Assembly (NCBI GenBank): GCA_016839365.1
Contig: JAEOUH010000029.1
Location: 1-64,000 of the forward strand
Direction: 5' to 3'
From: Candidatus Hermodarchaeota archaeon
GTDB taxonomy: Archaea > Asgardarchaeota > Hermodarchaeia > Hermodarchaeales > Hermodarchaeaceae
Length of the DNA stretch: 64,000 nt
Under the pieces are notes generated by a model. The model searched no databases, was not told where the DNA came from, and saw only the letters and a program-made list of their open reading frames with translations. Below, piece after piece: positions 1-10,447 of this stretch (positions are counted from its first letter, which is position 1; every line of letters starts with the position of its first letter). The position numbers and the translations under genes were made by a program.

Positions 1-2
1 AG

Positions 3-401
3 TCGCACCGCATCACCAACATGACCGAAGGTGAATTCATCAGCTCGGACGATAACTCCGAGATTCATTTTTCCTTTAGCTAGTCCGTGAGGTTCCTGAA
101 TGAAGCGGAGGTTCCAGGGGATCTGTTGGATGAATTCGCCATCGTGGACGACGATGGTGCGATGGGTCCATTTGGAGAACTTCTTTGCGACCTCGATGTT
201 TCCGATTAGGAAGGCAACTGGGTTTTGTTCCATGAAGACGTTTATACCACCAATATGATCAGGATGGTTGTGGGTGCAATAGACGATATCGCCTTTTCGA
301 TCGCCTGACCTTTTGTTTTGTGGATCGATAATCAGGGATGAATCCCGGTAGTCAAGAAGAAAGCCCGAGTTGCCGAGATATGTGATGGTCGGTTTTGCCA
401 T
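3..401 (-). CDS. MBL-fold metallo-hydrolase (partial, runs off window start)
   Basis: Not in ORF track. Manual translation from ATG at 401: MAKPTITYLGNSGFLL...IIDP...YCTHNHPDHIGG, with the HxHxDH motif. Confidence 0.85.
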   Translation of the reverse strand, partial: MAKPTITYLGNSGFLLDYRDSSLIIDPQNKRSGDRKGDIVYCTHNHPDHIGGINVFMEQNPVAFLIGNIEVAKKFSKWTHRTIVVHDGEFIQQIPWNLRFIQEPHGLAKGKMNLGVIVRADEFTFGHVGDAVR

Positions 402-471
402 TCAAGGATACCTCAAAGTGCACATATGAGCGGGTGGTGGTAATATAATCTTAGCTTTTATTTTGGGGGGA

Positions 472-1284
472 TTAGATTCGGACCCGGCATCCCTTTGTTT
501 TCAATCCTGAAATCCAATCTTTTACCGCTGGTGAATGTATTTCGAATTGATTATATTCGAGTCTGAGAACCTTGAGTGAGTTTATTTGCGTCAGAGTTGA
601 AGGGAGGGTTGTGAGTCGATTAGAATGCAGGGAGAGTAGTTCTAAGTTAACGAGTTGTCCGAGGGTGTCTGGAAGCGTGGTGAGAGAGTTTTCATGAAGA
701 ACAAGTCGTTTTAATTTGGTTAGCTTTCCTATAGAATCGGGGATGGATGAGAGGTGATTGATGGAAGCGATGAAATCCCATAAATTTGTAAGGTTTCCGA
801 TGATATCCGGTAAGGATTCTAAATGGATGTTGAGCAGCCCGAGTCGTTCAAGCGATTGAAGATTTCCAATGCTTTTGGGAAGTGAAGGAGTGAAATTCCG
901 GGAGAGGTCGAAGCGTCGTAGTTGCGAGAGTTCACCGATAGTTTCTGGGAGTTGTGTGATTTGGTTGTTAAAGACATCAAGGTTTTGTAGATTCGTGAGT
1001 TGGCCAATAGTGTGTGGCAGGGTAGTGAGTTTGTTATCCCGAAGGTATAATCGTTCAAGTTGGGTGAGCTCTTGTATGCCTTCTGGGATAATAGTGAGTT
1101 GCTTGTTGTGAAGGCTAAGCCCTGTAACGTGCTGGTTAGCGTGAACAAACCCTGTTCTGTAGAAGGCGATGCCACCAGGAGGAATCGGCTCTCCAATAAC
1201 TTCCTCCAAATCATGGAGGACAGCAGCTTCGGAGACCTTGAGTTGAATCCCCTGATATGTAGTGGTGGCGTTTTTGTATGCCAT
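472..1284 (-). CDS. Leucine-rich repeat protein (about 8 x 23-aa repeats)
   Basis: Repeated LxxLPxxIGxLxxLxxLxLxxN units. Confidence 0.92.
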   Translation of the reverse strand: MAYKNATTTYQGIQLKVSEAAVLHDLEEVIGEPIPPGGIAFYRTGFVHANQHVTGLSLHNKQLTIIPEGIQELTQLERLYLRDNKLTTLPHTIGQLTNLQNLDVFNNQITQLPETIGELSQLRRFDLSRNFTPSLPKSIGNLQSLERLGLLNIHLESLPDIIGNLTNLWDFIASINHLSSIPDSIGKLTKLKRLVLHENSLTTLPDTLGQLVNLELLSLHSNRLTTLPSTLTQINSLKVLRLEYNQFEIHSPAVKDWISGLKTKGCRVRI

Positions 1285-1287
1285 TCT

Positions 1288-2007
1288 TTAGCTCTCCCCC
1301 TCCTGTCGGGGGTATTGGCGGATCCGTGGAAGGAACCTGCCAGTACGGTTCATGTAGTCACGGTATTGGTCGCCAAATTCGGTAAGGAGCATTTGTTCCT
1401 CTTGTTTGGAAATGGGGTAAAGCAAAAAGCAGACTAAGAGCCCAAAAATGGTGATAAAGAGGTTAGCAGTGAGGAGTACGGTTCCGAGAATGAATAAGAT
1501 GAAGACCGTATACATCGGATGGCGTATACGGGCATATGGGCCTGTATTGATCAGCTGATGTTGGTCTTGGATTTCGAGTTCAGGCGAATAACTACGACCC
1601 AACGTTCGGTGGGTCCAAATGAGGAGGGGGATGGCAACAGCACAGGGTATGACTCCAAACCATCGCAGGAATGAGGGAATGGGGAGAGGAAACCACGGGA
1701 ACCAAGGCGTAACGAACAGGTAGAGAAGATATGCAATCAACATACCTAGGATGCTAATAGCGATCGCGGTATGCGCCACTGAACGGATGGGTTTCGTCTT
1801 GGGTGGCCGATCACTTTGCTCGCGTTTTGCCTTCGCAGCTTTGCGACGATAATAAATCCTGGCAAAGCCGAATACAGCGTACATGAGCACAAAGACAAGG
1901 ATAAACACCAGTTCTTCTGTCACATTCAGCACCACCGATTTGTATACGGTTGAAGTATTTGTATTTGATGATATTTGCCTCTTACTCGTTCTGGGTGCGG
2001 AAAGCAT
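1288..2007 (-). CDS. Isoprenylcysteine carboxylmethyltransferase (ICMT/Ste14) family membrane protein; true start may be ~1923
   Basis: HQLINTGPYARIRHPMY and EEQML..FGDQY..YM..TGRF motifs; multiple TM segments. Confidence 0.88.
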   Translation of the reverse strand: MLSAPRTSKRQISSNTNTSTVYKSVVLNVTEELVFILVFVLMYAVFGFARIYYRRKAAKAKREQSDRPPKTKPIRSVAHTAIAISILGMLIAYLLYLFVTPWFPWFPLPIPSFLRWFGVIPCAVAIPLLIWTHRTLGRSYSPELEIQDQHQLINTGPYARIRHPMYTVFILFILGTVLLTANLFITIFGLLVCFLLYPISKQEEQMLLTEFGDQYRDYMNRTGRFLPRIRQYPRQEGES

Positions 2008-2090
2008 TCACGACTAAGTAGGTAATTCATAGCCGCTAACGTAAACGTAAAAACCAAGAGGATGGCGAATTCCACTATTGGTGTGAGATT

Positions 2091-2312
2091 ATGACCACTG
2101 ACTATCGATTTGACGCTCGACTGGACTTGGTCATGAGCCTTGTAGTCTTCTCAGGAGTCGGAATAGCGGTTATTTTACCAAGTATACTTATACTCTTGAG
2201 CACACTTAACGCGATTCCAAATCTGGATCAGTTAGTCATTGTCTGTCAAGTGGGAGGTTGCGTAATGATAGTGATTGGATTCAGCTATTTCATTTGCCGG
2301 AAAGAAATGTGA
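2091..2312 (+). CDS. Small hypothetical membrane protein (2 TM)
   Basis: ATG start, two hydrophobic segments, fills the intergenic gap. Confidence 0.55.
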   Translation: MTTDYRFDARLDLVMSLVVFSGVGIAVILPSILILLSTLNAIPNLDQLVIVCQVGGCVMIVIGFSYFICRKEM

Positions 2313-2376
2313 ACCAATCGCTTCCCAGCTTCAAGACCGGAAGAGGTAGGAGAGGAAATTTTGAGTTATTTTAGGT

Positions 2377-2739
2377 TTAAGCGTCTTCATCTGGAGCAAT
2401 GGCACCGCCAATTAGTACGAGGAGTCCAGGTAGCACTCCAGTAAAGATGAGGGCAACGATTCCTGTCATAATGAGTTTCTCTTTGTATTCAGTGGGTGTA
2501 TAACGCCAGCGGAACCAGTAGGTCCCAAATATGAGACCCAGGATGCCCAACACCAAAAGGGGTATTCCTGGGAAAGCGACCCAGACCCAGTCTAGCGGAG
2601 TGCTAATCCCCCCCAGCAAGAGCCCAATGGCAGTACTAATGCTACTCCCAAGACCAACAAGCAGCAATAGAATAGCAAGGATTAACTGAAAAATAGCCCC
2701 CAGCATAATAAGCGTCGTAGTTGTCGATTCGTCCGACAT
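2377..2739 (-). CDS. Hypothetical membrane protein, paralog of 18050..18550
   Basis: GGAGGT RBS upstream; hydrophobic; shares GLIFG..W..WR..P...K..LI..GI.AL...PGLLVLI.GA with the 18050 ORF. Confidence 0.8.
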   Translation of the reverse strand: MSDESTTTTLIMLGAIFQLILAILLLLVGLGSSISTAIGLLLGGISTPLDWVWVAFPGIPLLVLGILGLIFGTYWFRWRYTPTEYKEKLIMTGIVALIFTGVLPGLLVLIGGAIAPDEDA

Positions 2740-2835
2740 AAGAAAATAAACCTCCGAACAGGTTCAGGTATTGCGACTGTGCTCTTGTGGAACTAAAAAG
2801 CCTTTTTCAACTCACTGAACGGACTGCAAAATCTC

Positions 2836-3897
2836 TTAGAAATCGTAAAGGCGTTTCCCGTTTTTCCAGTATAAATCCTTCAATACGCGATTGGGGAGAT
2901 TCAGCCCATTGATGAAAGTGCCACCAATGGATTCAGTATCCCTATCGGGGAACGGAAGTGGAGTTTCATGCTCGTTAGTTTCCCACAGGATCCGCTGTGC
3001 GAGTAATCTGGCCTTATAGGGCGACATCGACGGAGAGGTTGCCTGCCTCGATGAAGTATTCAAGGTGCCATCAGTTCCAAAGAGGATTCTTTTCGAAAAG
3101 TGGATGAGAAAATCGCGCGCAGCATCTGGATCTTTACTGAGTTCTCGGGCCATCCACCGTGAGGAGGCGGTATCAACGACGATATTATCATATTTCTCAA
3201 ACCATTCAGCTAGCCGGGGTAGGCGATGGATCTCAGGCTGAGCTGCAAAATGAGCTAGCTGAAATTGCAAATCAGGAAAACTTTGAATCAGAGCTTCTAA
3301 TTCGTCAAGATGTTCTTCCTTGGTTCCGTAAATCTCTGCATTCGAGTATGTGGACGCATAGTAAGTATCTGGGTCTGACATATGCAAGAGTAGCGGAAAT
3401 CCATTCGAGACTAATTGCTCGAATATGGGTTTATAACGTCGGTCAGTGAGTTGAAACACCCCTTCGTAATTCTTAAAATAGTTCCGCCAACCAGGAGCAG
3501 CCCACATTTTTGCTAGCGAGAACCCCTCTTCCCGCATCGTTTCGATTTCGGATAGCACAACCTCGATTTGGGACCCGATGACATATTGAGTGGATAGGTA
3601 CTTCGCGAACACGAATGTATGTGGAAATTCTTGTTCAGTGTAATCACGGATTTCAGAACTGTGGGCTATCACTAATTCGGATTTGACACCCAGTTCTCTC
3701 TGTTCGTCGATATTTTGACGAAGATTTGTAGTTTCCCAAACATGGGTATGCGCGTCGAAAATCGGGCCAGTGTATTTCCAGGTTTGGTTATGCAAGTGTA
3801 AAATCGCCAAGGAACAGTTCGGGCTGGATGGAAAAGTCTGTTGGCTTGTTCTAATCCTTGAGTTTAGGCGTGATTTCTCGTGATTCCAAGCACTCAA
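2836..3897 (-). CDS. Amidohydrolase_2 family metal-dependent hydrolase; true start probably ~3810
   Basis: DAHTH, LLHMSDP, LAHF, ILFGTD motifs. Confidence 0.85.
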   Translation of the reverse strand: MSAWNHEKSRLNSRIRTSQQTFPSSPNCSLAILHLHNQTWKYTGPIFDAHTHVWETTNLRQNIDEQRELGVKSELVIAHSSEIRDYTEQEFPHTFVFAKYLSTQYVIGSQIEVVLSEIETMREEGFSLAKMWAAPGWRNYFKNYEGVFQLTDRRYKPIFEQLVSNGFPLLLHMSDPDTYYASTYSNAEIYGTKEEHLDELEALIQSFPDLQFQLAHFAAQPEIHRLPRLAEWFEKYDNIVVDTASSRWMARELSKDPDAARDFLIHFSKRILFGTDGTLNTSSRQATSPSMSPYKARLLAQRILWETNEHETPLPFPDRDTESIGGTFINGLNLPNRVLKDLYWKNGKRLYDF

Positions 3898-4000
3898 GAA
3901 TCTTTTCCCTAATTAGATCGCGAACCTCTCGGAATTTCGCCAACTTCTCCTCATCAGTGCCTTCAAATTCTGCAGGATCTTCAAAGGACCAATCAAGACG
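3851..4000 (-). pseudogene. C-terminal remnant of ArsC/LMW-PTP-type arsenate reductase
   Basis: Frame reads [34 protein letters not shown]; no CX5R active-site N-terminus and no clear start. Confidence 0.7.
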
Positions 4001-4088
4001 GCTCCCCGACGGGGATTCAATGTAATTAAACAGATACCACTCATATACCTCAGATAACAGGCCAAATACTTTAGGTGTAGAATACTCT

Positions 4089-4412
4089 TTAATCGCCCCG
4101 TGAATCTAGAGCCAATGGTTCGAACATTAGGACATAAGAAGGTTCAAGGCTTTTCGGAGAGTGCTCAACGCCTTTAGGAATGACCGTCATCTTACCTTCG
4201 GTTAATTCAATATCAGACTGTCCCTTGACCCGGATGAGTATCCGCCCTTTTAGCACGAAGAAGAGCTCATCAGCGTTTGAATGCTTGTGCATGGGGAACT
4301 CGCCATCGAACAAAGCGAGTCGGACCACTTGGTCATTGACCCGGGCGATTTCCTTCGGAGCCCAGGGCTGTTGCATCTGACGGACCTGCTCCCAAATATC
4401 GATGATAGCCAT
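4089..4412 (-). CDS. Cupin domain protein
   Basis: [16 protein letters not shown] and IPKGVEHSP cupin motifs. Confidence 0.9.
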   Translation of the reverse strand: MAIIDIWEQVRQMQQPWAPKEIARVNDQVVRLALFDGEFPMHKHSNADELFFVLKGRILIRVKGQSDIELTEGKMTVIPKGVEHSPKSLEPSYVLMFEPLALDSRGD

Positions 4413-4460
4413 AGAGGCACCTCCTCAAAAGACTAATACAGACTGTGTGGAGTCCATCGT

Positions 4461-4895
4461 TTATGTTCTCTTCGGTTCTGGGCGACTACAAAACGTGATA
4501 AAAGCACCCAATCCACCCAGAATGATGCTGATGAACTGAATTGTCATAAAAGCCCCCCATAATGCGACAACCCCTCCATAAGGCCAGCCTTTTTCAAAAT
4601 AAATCATGACACTACCGCTGTACATCATAATCAATCCGAACACCAAGATGGCATCCAAGATGATGTAATTCCAGATTTGGAACCCCATCCAAGGAGGGAT
4701 AGAGGGAATAAAGACAGTTAGTTGCAGATAGATGGCGTTTCCAATATTCACAGTGGCAAGCAGAGCACCAAAGATGATAAGGGCAAAGGAAAGATAGATT
4801 GAAGTAGAGCGAGAGGTTGAATCGAGGGAAACCGCAGTTGTGGGAACTGATGGTAATTCATTAGAAAAGGGGTTTCCTTTTTTTATTCTCGACAA
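4461..4895 (-). CDS. Hypothetical membrane protein
   Basis: 3-4 hydrophobic segments; GAGGTGA RBS upstream. Confidence 0.65.
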   Translation of the reverse strand: MSRIKKGNPFSNELPSVPTTAVSLDSTSRSTSIYLSFALIIFGALLATVNIGNAIYLQLTVFIPSIPPWMGFQIWNYIILDAILVFGLIMMYSGSVMIYFEKGWPYGGVVALWGAFMTIQFISIILGGLGAFITFCSRPEPKRT

Positions 4896-5062
4896 CGGCT
4901 ATTCACCTCGAGATAGAGCCACTATTGTGAACTTAAATCATCGCTTCCCTGCAATCAAAGATGCAATATATAATCGGACAATTCCGAACCAAAGTGTTCT
5001 GAAAAAGAGCGTAGATTCGAGATTTTGTGACTGATTTTTAACTTGTCATTAACCGAGAATAT

Positions 5063-6028
5063 TTGTCAGATTATGAGAGAAGAAGTCGTGAGTGGTTTGA
5101 TGTGCGCTCACAAATATTAGACCAAAATACACAGCTGTCCTTTTCCGTTTTTATCTTCATCTTAATTACCTCTTTACTGATCGTTAATAGCGAACCGAAA
5201 ATTGCCATATCTGCTCAAGATTCCACAGAGTTGTCAGATGTGAAAGTTGCAATTTATAATGGTGGCCACTCGAATGAGAATTTGGCCAGCCGCACAGCCC
5301 TCATTAGCATGTTTGAGTGGCTTAACGCAGATATTACGCTAATTTCACCCGAAGAAATGCTGAACGGCGCCCTTAGCGGGCACTCCATGCTTGTAATGCC
5401 AGGAATCTCTCCATACACCTTACGCGATGAAATGACTAATATTGGATATGATATTATCCGGAATTTCATCGCAAGTGGTGGCGCATATATCGGAATATAC
5501 GGTGGGACATTTTTTGAATGGACTCGTTTTCCCCTCTTCGATGTTGAGTTACAAAGCTATCTCTCGGATCTTCCCTTCGGAAAGAGTCTCGTAACAATAA
5601 ACCTTCATAAAAATGCAACAGGTCCCAATCTTGATGATCTTCAAGACTCATACTCAACACTAAGTTGGACGGGCAGTTATTTTGATGCCCCTGACATGTC
5701 TCACGTCACTACTATTGCCAGTTATGCACAAAATGGACGCCCGTGCATGGTCACCTTCACCTATGGCATGGGAGCTGTATTTCTGTCTAGCCCACATCCA
5801 GAAATTGAAGAAGGAGACAGCCGTGATTTTACAACCTTCCAAGATGAGCTCAATGACCCAGATTCCGAATGGGAATTAATGCAAGTAATCGCTAGTTGGC
5901 TTCTAGCTATTTCAGGAGTTATGCCCATAAACCCGATTCCTGTTATCATAGTCTCATTAGCTGTTGTGGTCTTTGGAGTTATCGCAATTGCCCTTATTGT
6001 GATTTATCGAAAATCACATATTAAATAA
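5063..6028 (+). CDS. Membrane-anchored BPL_N/class I GATase-like protein, copy 1 (nucleophile Cys replaced by Tyr)
   Basis: LVMPG, GGAYIGIYGG, SSPHPE motifs; N-terminal signal/TM and C-terminal TM. Confidence 0.8.
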   Translation: MSDYERRSREWFDVRSQILDQNTQLSFSVFIFILITSLLIVNSEPKIAISAQDSTELSDVKVAIYNGGHSNENLASRTALISMFEWLNADITLISPEEMLNGALSGHSMLVMPGISPYTLRDEMTNIGYDIIRNFIASGGAYIGIYGGTFFEWTRFPLFDVELQSYLSDLPFGKSLVTINLHKNATGPNLDDLQDSYSTLSWTGSYFDAPDMSHVTTIASYAQNGRPCMVTFTYGMGAVFLSSPHPEIEEGDSRDFTTFQDELNDPDSEWELMQVIASWLLAISGVMPINPIPVIIVSLAVVVFGVIAIALIVIYRKSHIK

Positions 6029-6242
6029 ATTGAACAATGCTCTGCTTTCAAATTACCCAAGGAAAGGATAAGAAATTATAGCCTCTCAGATTTATTGAAC
6101 TATATTGTGCGGAAAAACGCTCTAAAATTTCAAAACCCGCGAGAAATCCTAACCAATCAGCTAACAAGCATATATTGACTAGAAAAGGCGAGTGCTCTCT
6201 CACTATCCTTCCAAACCTAATTTATAATTTAGGGAGACCAAA

Positions 6243-7160
6243 ATGATTAGAGTCAATAGAAAACGAACTCTTGTTCAATGCACAACATTTCTGGTAATTA
6301 GTCTATTTTTTCTGAGTAGCTTTTTACCAATCACACAAATTTCAATAGCAGCCCAAACAGGAACCGATTTAGCAGAAATCCGAGTAGGCATCTATAATGG
6401 AGAACCGGTGCAGAGCGGGTCAGCAACGGCTTTAACCCACATGTTCGAGTGGATGGGATCCACGGTTGTTTCGATTGATGCAGAAGCGATTCGCAACGGA
6501 ACCTTAGATAGTCTTGATTTAGTTGTCTTTGGAGGTGGCTCTCCAAACAATTTCGCATTAGATATTGGTAATGTTGGTATTGAACAACTAAAACAATTTG
6601 TAGCCTGCGGAGGCTCTTACTTCGGTATTTGTGGAGGTGGCATGTTCGCCTCAGATTATCTTGAACTTTGTGTCGGGAGCTGGAGTGCTCATATTCCCGG
6701 AATGGCGGGAGGAGCCTATTTAGCAGAGCTTTCCGTAAATCGTGCTTCAACTGGACCTGACTTGTCAAATGAACCTGAATCGTACTACGTTTATTTCTCC
6801 GATTCCATTTTCTTTGCCCCTGCTAATCCAGTTACAATCATTCGCATCATGTCGTATCCTTCAAATGATGAGGCAGCAATGTTTGTTTCGCGGTATGGAT
6901 CTGGAACTTTGTTTGCGAGTGGTCCCCATGCGGAATACGAAGAGGGTAGTAATCGTGATGGCCTCACGACATATGACTTTCTAAATGATCCTGATTCCGA
7001 ATGGGATATCTTAGAAAAAGTTACTCAATGGTTAATCGACGAATCAGGTACAACAAGTAACCCAGATCCTTTTGCAGGTGTTGGGGCAATCATCCTAGGC
7101 GTGAGTTTGTTAATACTAATCGTGGTATTCAGTGTTGCCTTTTACTTCAAGCGAAAGTAA
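6243..7160 (+). CDS. Membrane-anchored BPL_N/class I GATase-like protein, copy 2
   Basis: VVFGGG, GGSYFGICGG, SGPHAE motifs; signal peptide and C-terminal TM followed by KRK. Confidence 0.85.
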   Translation: MIRVNRKRTLVQCTTFLVISLFFLSSFLPITQISIAAQTGTDLAEIRVGIYNGEPVQSGSATALTHMFEWMGSTVVSIDAEAIRNGTLDSLDLVVFGGGSPNNFALDIGNVGIEQLKQFVACGGSYFGICGGGMFASDYLELCVGSWSAHIPGMAGGAYLAELSVNRASTGPDLSNEPESYYVYFSDSIFFAPANPVTIIRIMSYPSNDEAAMFVSRYGSGTLFASGPHAEYEEGSNRDGLTTYDFLNDPDSEWDILEKVTQWLIDESGTTSNPDPFAGVGAIILGVSLLILIVVFSVAFYFKRK

Positions 7161-7331
7161 CTACTGCCAAGATATTACATGAAATCACAGCGAGTAGCAT
7201 AACATGACAAATGCTGTTAGTGCTACTCTTTGTGATTTTCCGTAAAAATAAGGTATACTGATTGATTTTAAATTTTCAAAGTCGAGTGTAATTATTTGGC
7301 AGATTTGCCGACTTGTTTTGAAATTTCAGCC

Positions 7332-8150
7332 CTAATCTGGTCCTTTATAGTATTGGATGAGATTGGATTTCTTGAGATAGGGAATGAGGATTAATCCGAC
7401 AACAACCACAATTGCAACTATGATAGCAGAGTACAAGATGATGGGAATGGCGAACCATTTCACGCCGATACCGGCTCCCGCCCAGAGAATAACCAGGGCA
7501 AAACCGTAATCCCGTCGAAGATAAATCATAAGCAAGGTGAGGATGAGGGCAACGAAGAGCATGGCTGCAGTGGCTAAGTGCTGGGTTTCTGCTGGGATGG
7601 CAGGCACCAGAATGTTGATGGAAGAGGCGACTGCAGCGATGGTTGCTACAGAGATCCAGCCGAGATAGACACTGAAGTGTAGGTGGACGGCGAGTTTCTC
7701 ATTACGTGGAACTGATGAAATTCCAACACCTAATCGCAGATATGCAAAGAGTAACATTAGAAAGACAAAGAGAAGAAGAACTAGAGAAACTAAGAAGAAA
7801 GGTGGATTAGCGACCATCCCTGCGTAGGAGTAGTGGAAAACGAAGATCCAGACCATATTTGCTAGACCTGCGAGGAAATAGAAGAAGCCAATCTTACCTA
7901 GATAACCTTCATTTCGTTGGCTTTTTCGGGCTTGGTAAATCATGAAGATAATCGCTTGGATATAAATGATGAACCATATGGAAAAGACGTAACCGGCTGG
8001 TGTAAAGAAGTTCGGATAGGCATCAGAGACCGCCCCCGTATTTACGCCAAAGAGGGGAAGTGCGTTTGCCAGAATGTTGACGATGATCACTGAGATAACG
8101 GTGATGATATTCAGGACCTGAAAAAGGAGATAGGATTTTTTCTCGGTCAT
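7332..8150 (-). CDS. TspO/MBR-related tryptophan-rich membrane protein
   Basis: VSDAYPNFFTPAGYVFSIW and FSVYLGWISVATI motifs. Confidence 0.8.
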   Translation of the reverse strand: MTEKKSYLLFQVLNIITVISVIIVNILANALPLFGVNTGAVSDAYPNFFTPAGYVFSIWFIIYIQAIIFMIYQARKSQRNEGYLGKIGFFYFLAGLANMVWIFVFHYSYAGMVANPPFFLVSLVLLLFVFLMLLFAYLRLGVGISSVPRNEKLAVHLHFSVYLGWISVATIAAVASSINILVPAIPAETQHLATAAMLFVALILTLLMIYLRRDYGFALVILWAGAGIGVKWFAIPIILYSAIIVAIVVVVGLILIPYLKKSNLIQYYKGPD

Positions 8151-8261
8151 ACAGTGCGCTGCAACGTATGACCTTAAAATTGTCTAGGTTTTGCCTATTT
8201 TTTGTGAAGAACCTTTTTGCCAAGTTCCAGATTGTGTAATATCAATCGATTGGTGATCTCG

Positions 8262-8944
8262 ATGGTTGACTTGATGGGATATTTAGAACAAGCGCTCAAA
8301 GACGTTGAACTGTACCAGGAGCAGCTGTTAGTATCGGATGAGGAAATGCGTGTAGGATTAGAAATCAGTGACACAGAAGAGACGGCTACTCTTATTCTGA
8401 AAGAGAAGCCGGAGATTCTCGCGGGACTGCAGAACTGCGATGTCAAATTCACATTTTCCAATAAAACCTTACAACAGGTTGCCAAATATGAAAAAGATGG
8501 GTTTGCACTTGCTACAAGAGCAACGATGAGCGACCCATTAACTACGAATTTCTCAATCGTGAGAAAGTTCTACAATCAATTGAGACCATTAAGCGCCTCG
8601 GAACCGATTTCTTTTTGCCCGGAAAAATCAAGATTCGAGAGATTCGCCACGAGTTGGCAGGGGAAGCGTAGGGGGCTTCACCCATTCCCCTTGCGTATTG
8701 GGAGGGCCTTCGATCTGCCTGGTATTTCATTGACGCGAGCCAAGTAATCAATGAAGCCGGAGAGATGAATCCATATTCCCAGTTATTCATTGTCATAAGC
8801 GGAAAAGGAAAAGCAATTATCGCTGATGAAGAGCTTGATCTCCAGTCTAGGAGAGCGTTTTATATTCCTCCGAATGCTGTCCATCAACTCCGAGCCGAAG
8901 AGCTAGTAGAGCTTATTTGGCTGGCTTGGGACGCACCAATATGA
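8262..8944 (+). pseudogene. Disrupted SCP2-like + cupin two-domain gene (frameshift at ~8535, in-frame TAG at 8669-8671)
   Basis: After the shift the frame reads INYEFLNR...ELAGEA*GASPIPLAYW...QLFIVISGKG...FYIPPNAVHQL...WLAWDAPI* (cupin motifs). Confidence 0.75.
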
Positions 8945-8949
8945 ATATG

Positions 8950-10293
8950 CTACCATCGGCCCATTTCATCGATTATAACAGCGATGCGTTTCATGGCTTT
9001 GATGTAGTTGTCCACCGTTACACTCTCATTGGAAGAATGAACACGGGAATCATGATCGCCGATGCCGATGGAGATCATGGGCACAAAATCTTTGAAGAGG
9101 TAGAGCGGACCTGAGCCAGGACAAGTGGGGTGGATGCGGATAGGGTGCCCAAAGACGACCTGATTTGCCCTATCGACGATATCAACGAAGGGATGATCGA
9201 TAGGAGTTTTAGCTGCAGGGTAGCCATCGTGCCAAGCGATTTTGACATCTGTGAAATCATGGATGTCCAAATGATTTCGGAGTTTTCTGATGAGGTCAGA
9301 GGGGTGTTGGTTTTCAACGAGACGGAAGTCAATTTTTGCTGATGCTTTGGCTGGTAGTACCGTCATTGACCCCTTTTCTTGATAACCACTAGTGAGTCCA
9401 TCAATACTCAGGTGTGGTTGATAGTAGTAGGCTTCGCGTAATGCGTCGCCTTTATAGTTGTTAACAAAAGCGTCAATGCCATAGAACTTGCGTCGGGATA
9501 CTTCTTCAAGGTCAATCTTTGCTGCAAATCGTCGTTCTTTTTCGGTCACGGGGACGACATCATCATAGAACCCGTCGATTTGAATGCGTTCATTTTCGTC
9601 TTTTAACGAGCTCAAAGCCCAGACCAACCGAAAGGGAGCAGAGGGTAAGATGGCTGAATTACTAGAATGGGCATCATGGGAGAGCCGTTCAACTTCCAGT
9701 TGGACATAGAGGATGCCCTTCAATCCCAGCCAGGCTTCCTGAGTTCCATCAAAACCAGCACTGCCAAATTCCCAAATACCTCCATCCGCTCGAAGGAAAT
9801 CTGCATGCTTCTTGGTGAAATCTAAAAGATTTGGGCTACTAATCTCCTCTTCTCCTTCAATGACGAACTTTATGTTAACGGGTAATTCGACACCTGCTTC
9901 CTTGTAGGCACGAATGGCCCAAATCCGGGAAAGGGTGTCACCCTTGTTATCAGCGATACCTCGGGCGTAGAATCTGCCCTCGCGAATTTCGGGCTCGAAG
10001 GGAGGTGACACCCATAGGTCAAAGGGTTCAGCGGGTTGGACATCATAGTGATCGTAGAAGAGTAGCGTGCGTTTGGCACCAACATCGAGGTGTCCTGTCA
10101 CAACCGGAGCACCTGATGTTGAATGTAACTCCGATGGAATGCCTGCGTCTTCTAGCATTTGTTGGACAAGTTCAGCAGTCTCTTCGATGCCTTGACCCTT
10201 CGCAGCTACTGTAGGTATGCTGCATAATTTCTTCGCGGCATCAATAGCGTGGTCTGCGTTTTCATCGATTTTCTTTAAGACCGGGTCTACCAT
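8950..10293 (-). CDS. M20/M25/M40 family metallopeptidase/deacylase
   Basis: YDHYDVQP, ARGIADNKG, EGEEE, DAHS, VHSSNE motifs; ATG at 10293 preferred. Confidence 0.92.
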   Translation of the reverse strand: MVDPVLKKIDENADHAIDAAKKLCSIPTVAAKGQGIEETAELVQQMLEDAGIPSELHSTSGAPVVTGHLDVGAKRTLLFYDHYDVQPAEPFDLWVSPPFEPEIREGRFYARGIADNKGDTLSRIWAIRAYKEAGVELPVNIKFVIEGEEEISSPNLLDFTKKHADFLRADGGIWEFGSAGFDGTQEAWLGLKGILYVQLEVERLSHDAHSSNSAILPSAPFRLVWALSSLKDENERIQIDGFYDDVVPVTEKERRFAAKIDLEEVSRRKFYGIDAFVNNYKGDALREAYYYQPHLSIDGLTSGYQEKGSMTVLPAKASAKIDFRLVENQHPSDLIRKLRNHLDIHDFTDVKIAWHDGYPAAKTPIDHPFVDIVDRANQVVFGHPIRIHPTCPGSGPLYLFKDFVPMISIGIGDHDSRVHSSNESVTVDNYIKAMKRIAVIIDEMGRW

Positions 10294-10447
10294 GATCGCC
10301 AGCTCTTGACCCTTAAGGCGTGATTCTTTGACTTTAATGTTGTACCTTGTTCTGATACCAACACCTGATTTTGTTAGAGCAGCCACTAGACTTTTTTACC
10401 TGATAGCTTAACCGAGAAGCTCCACCACACCCAGTGAGAGGAGTTCT

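Noticed and set aside
472-495. LRR C-terminus KGCRVRI as a CaaX prenylation signal next to ICMT
   Set aside because: The Cys is fifth from the end, not fourth, and the following residues are not aliphatic-aliphatic
7193-7227. Inverted repeat AGTAGCATAACA...TGTTAGTGCTACT, and a similar hairpin at ~15878-15905
   Set aside because: Isolated hairpins between convergent genes; most simply terminator-like, with no repeat family evident
8669-8671. In-frame TAG as a pyrrolysine codon
   Set aside because: The same gene also has a frameshift, several intact genes here end in TAG, and no pyl genes are in the window
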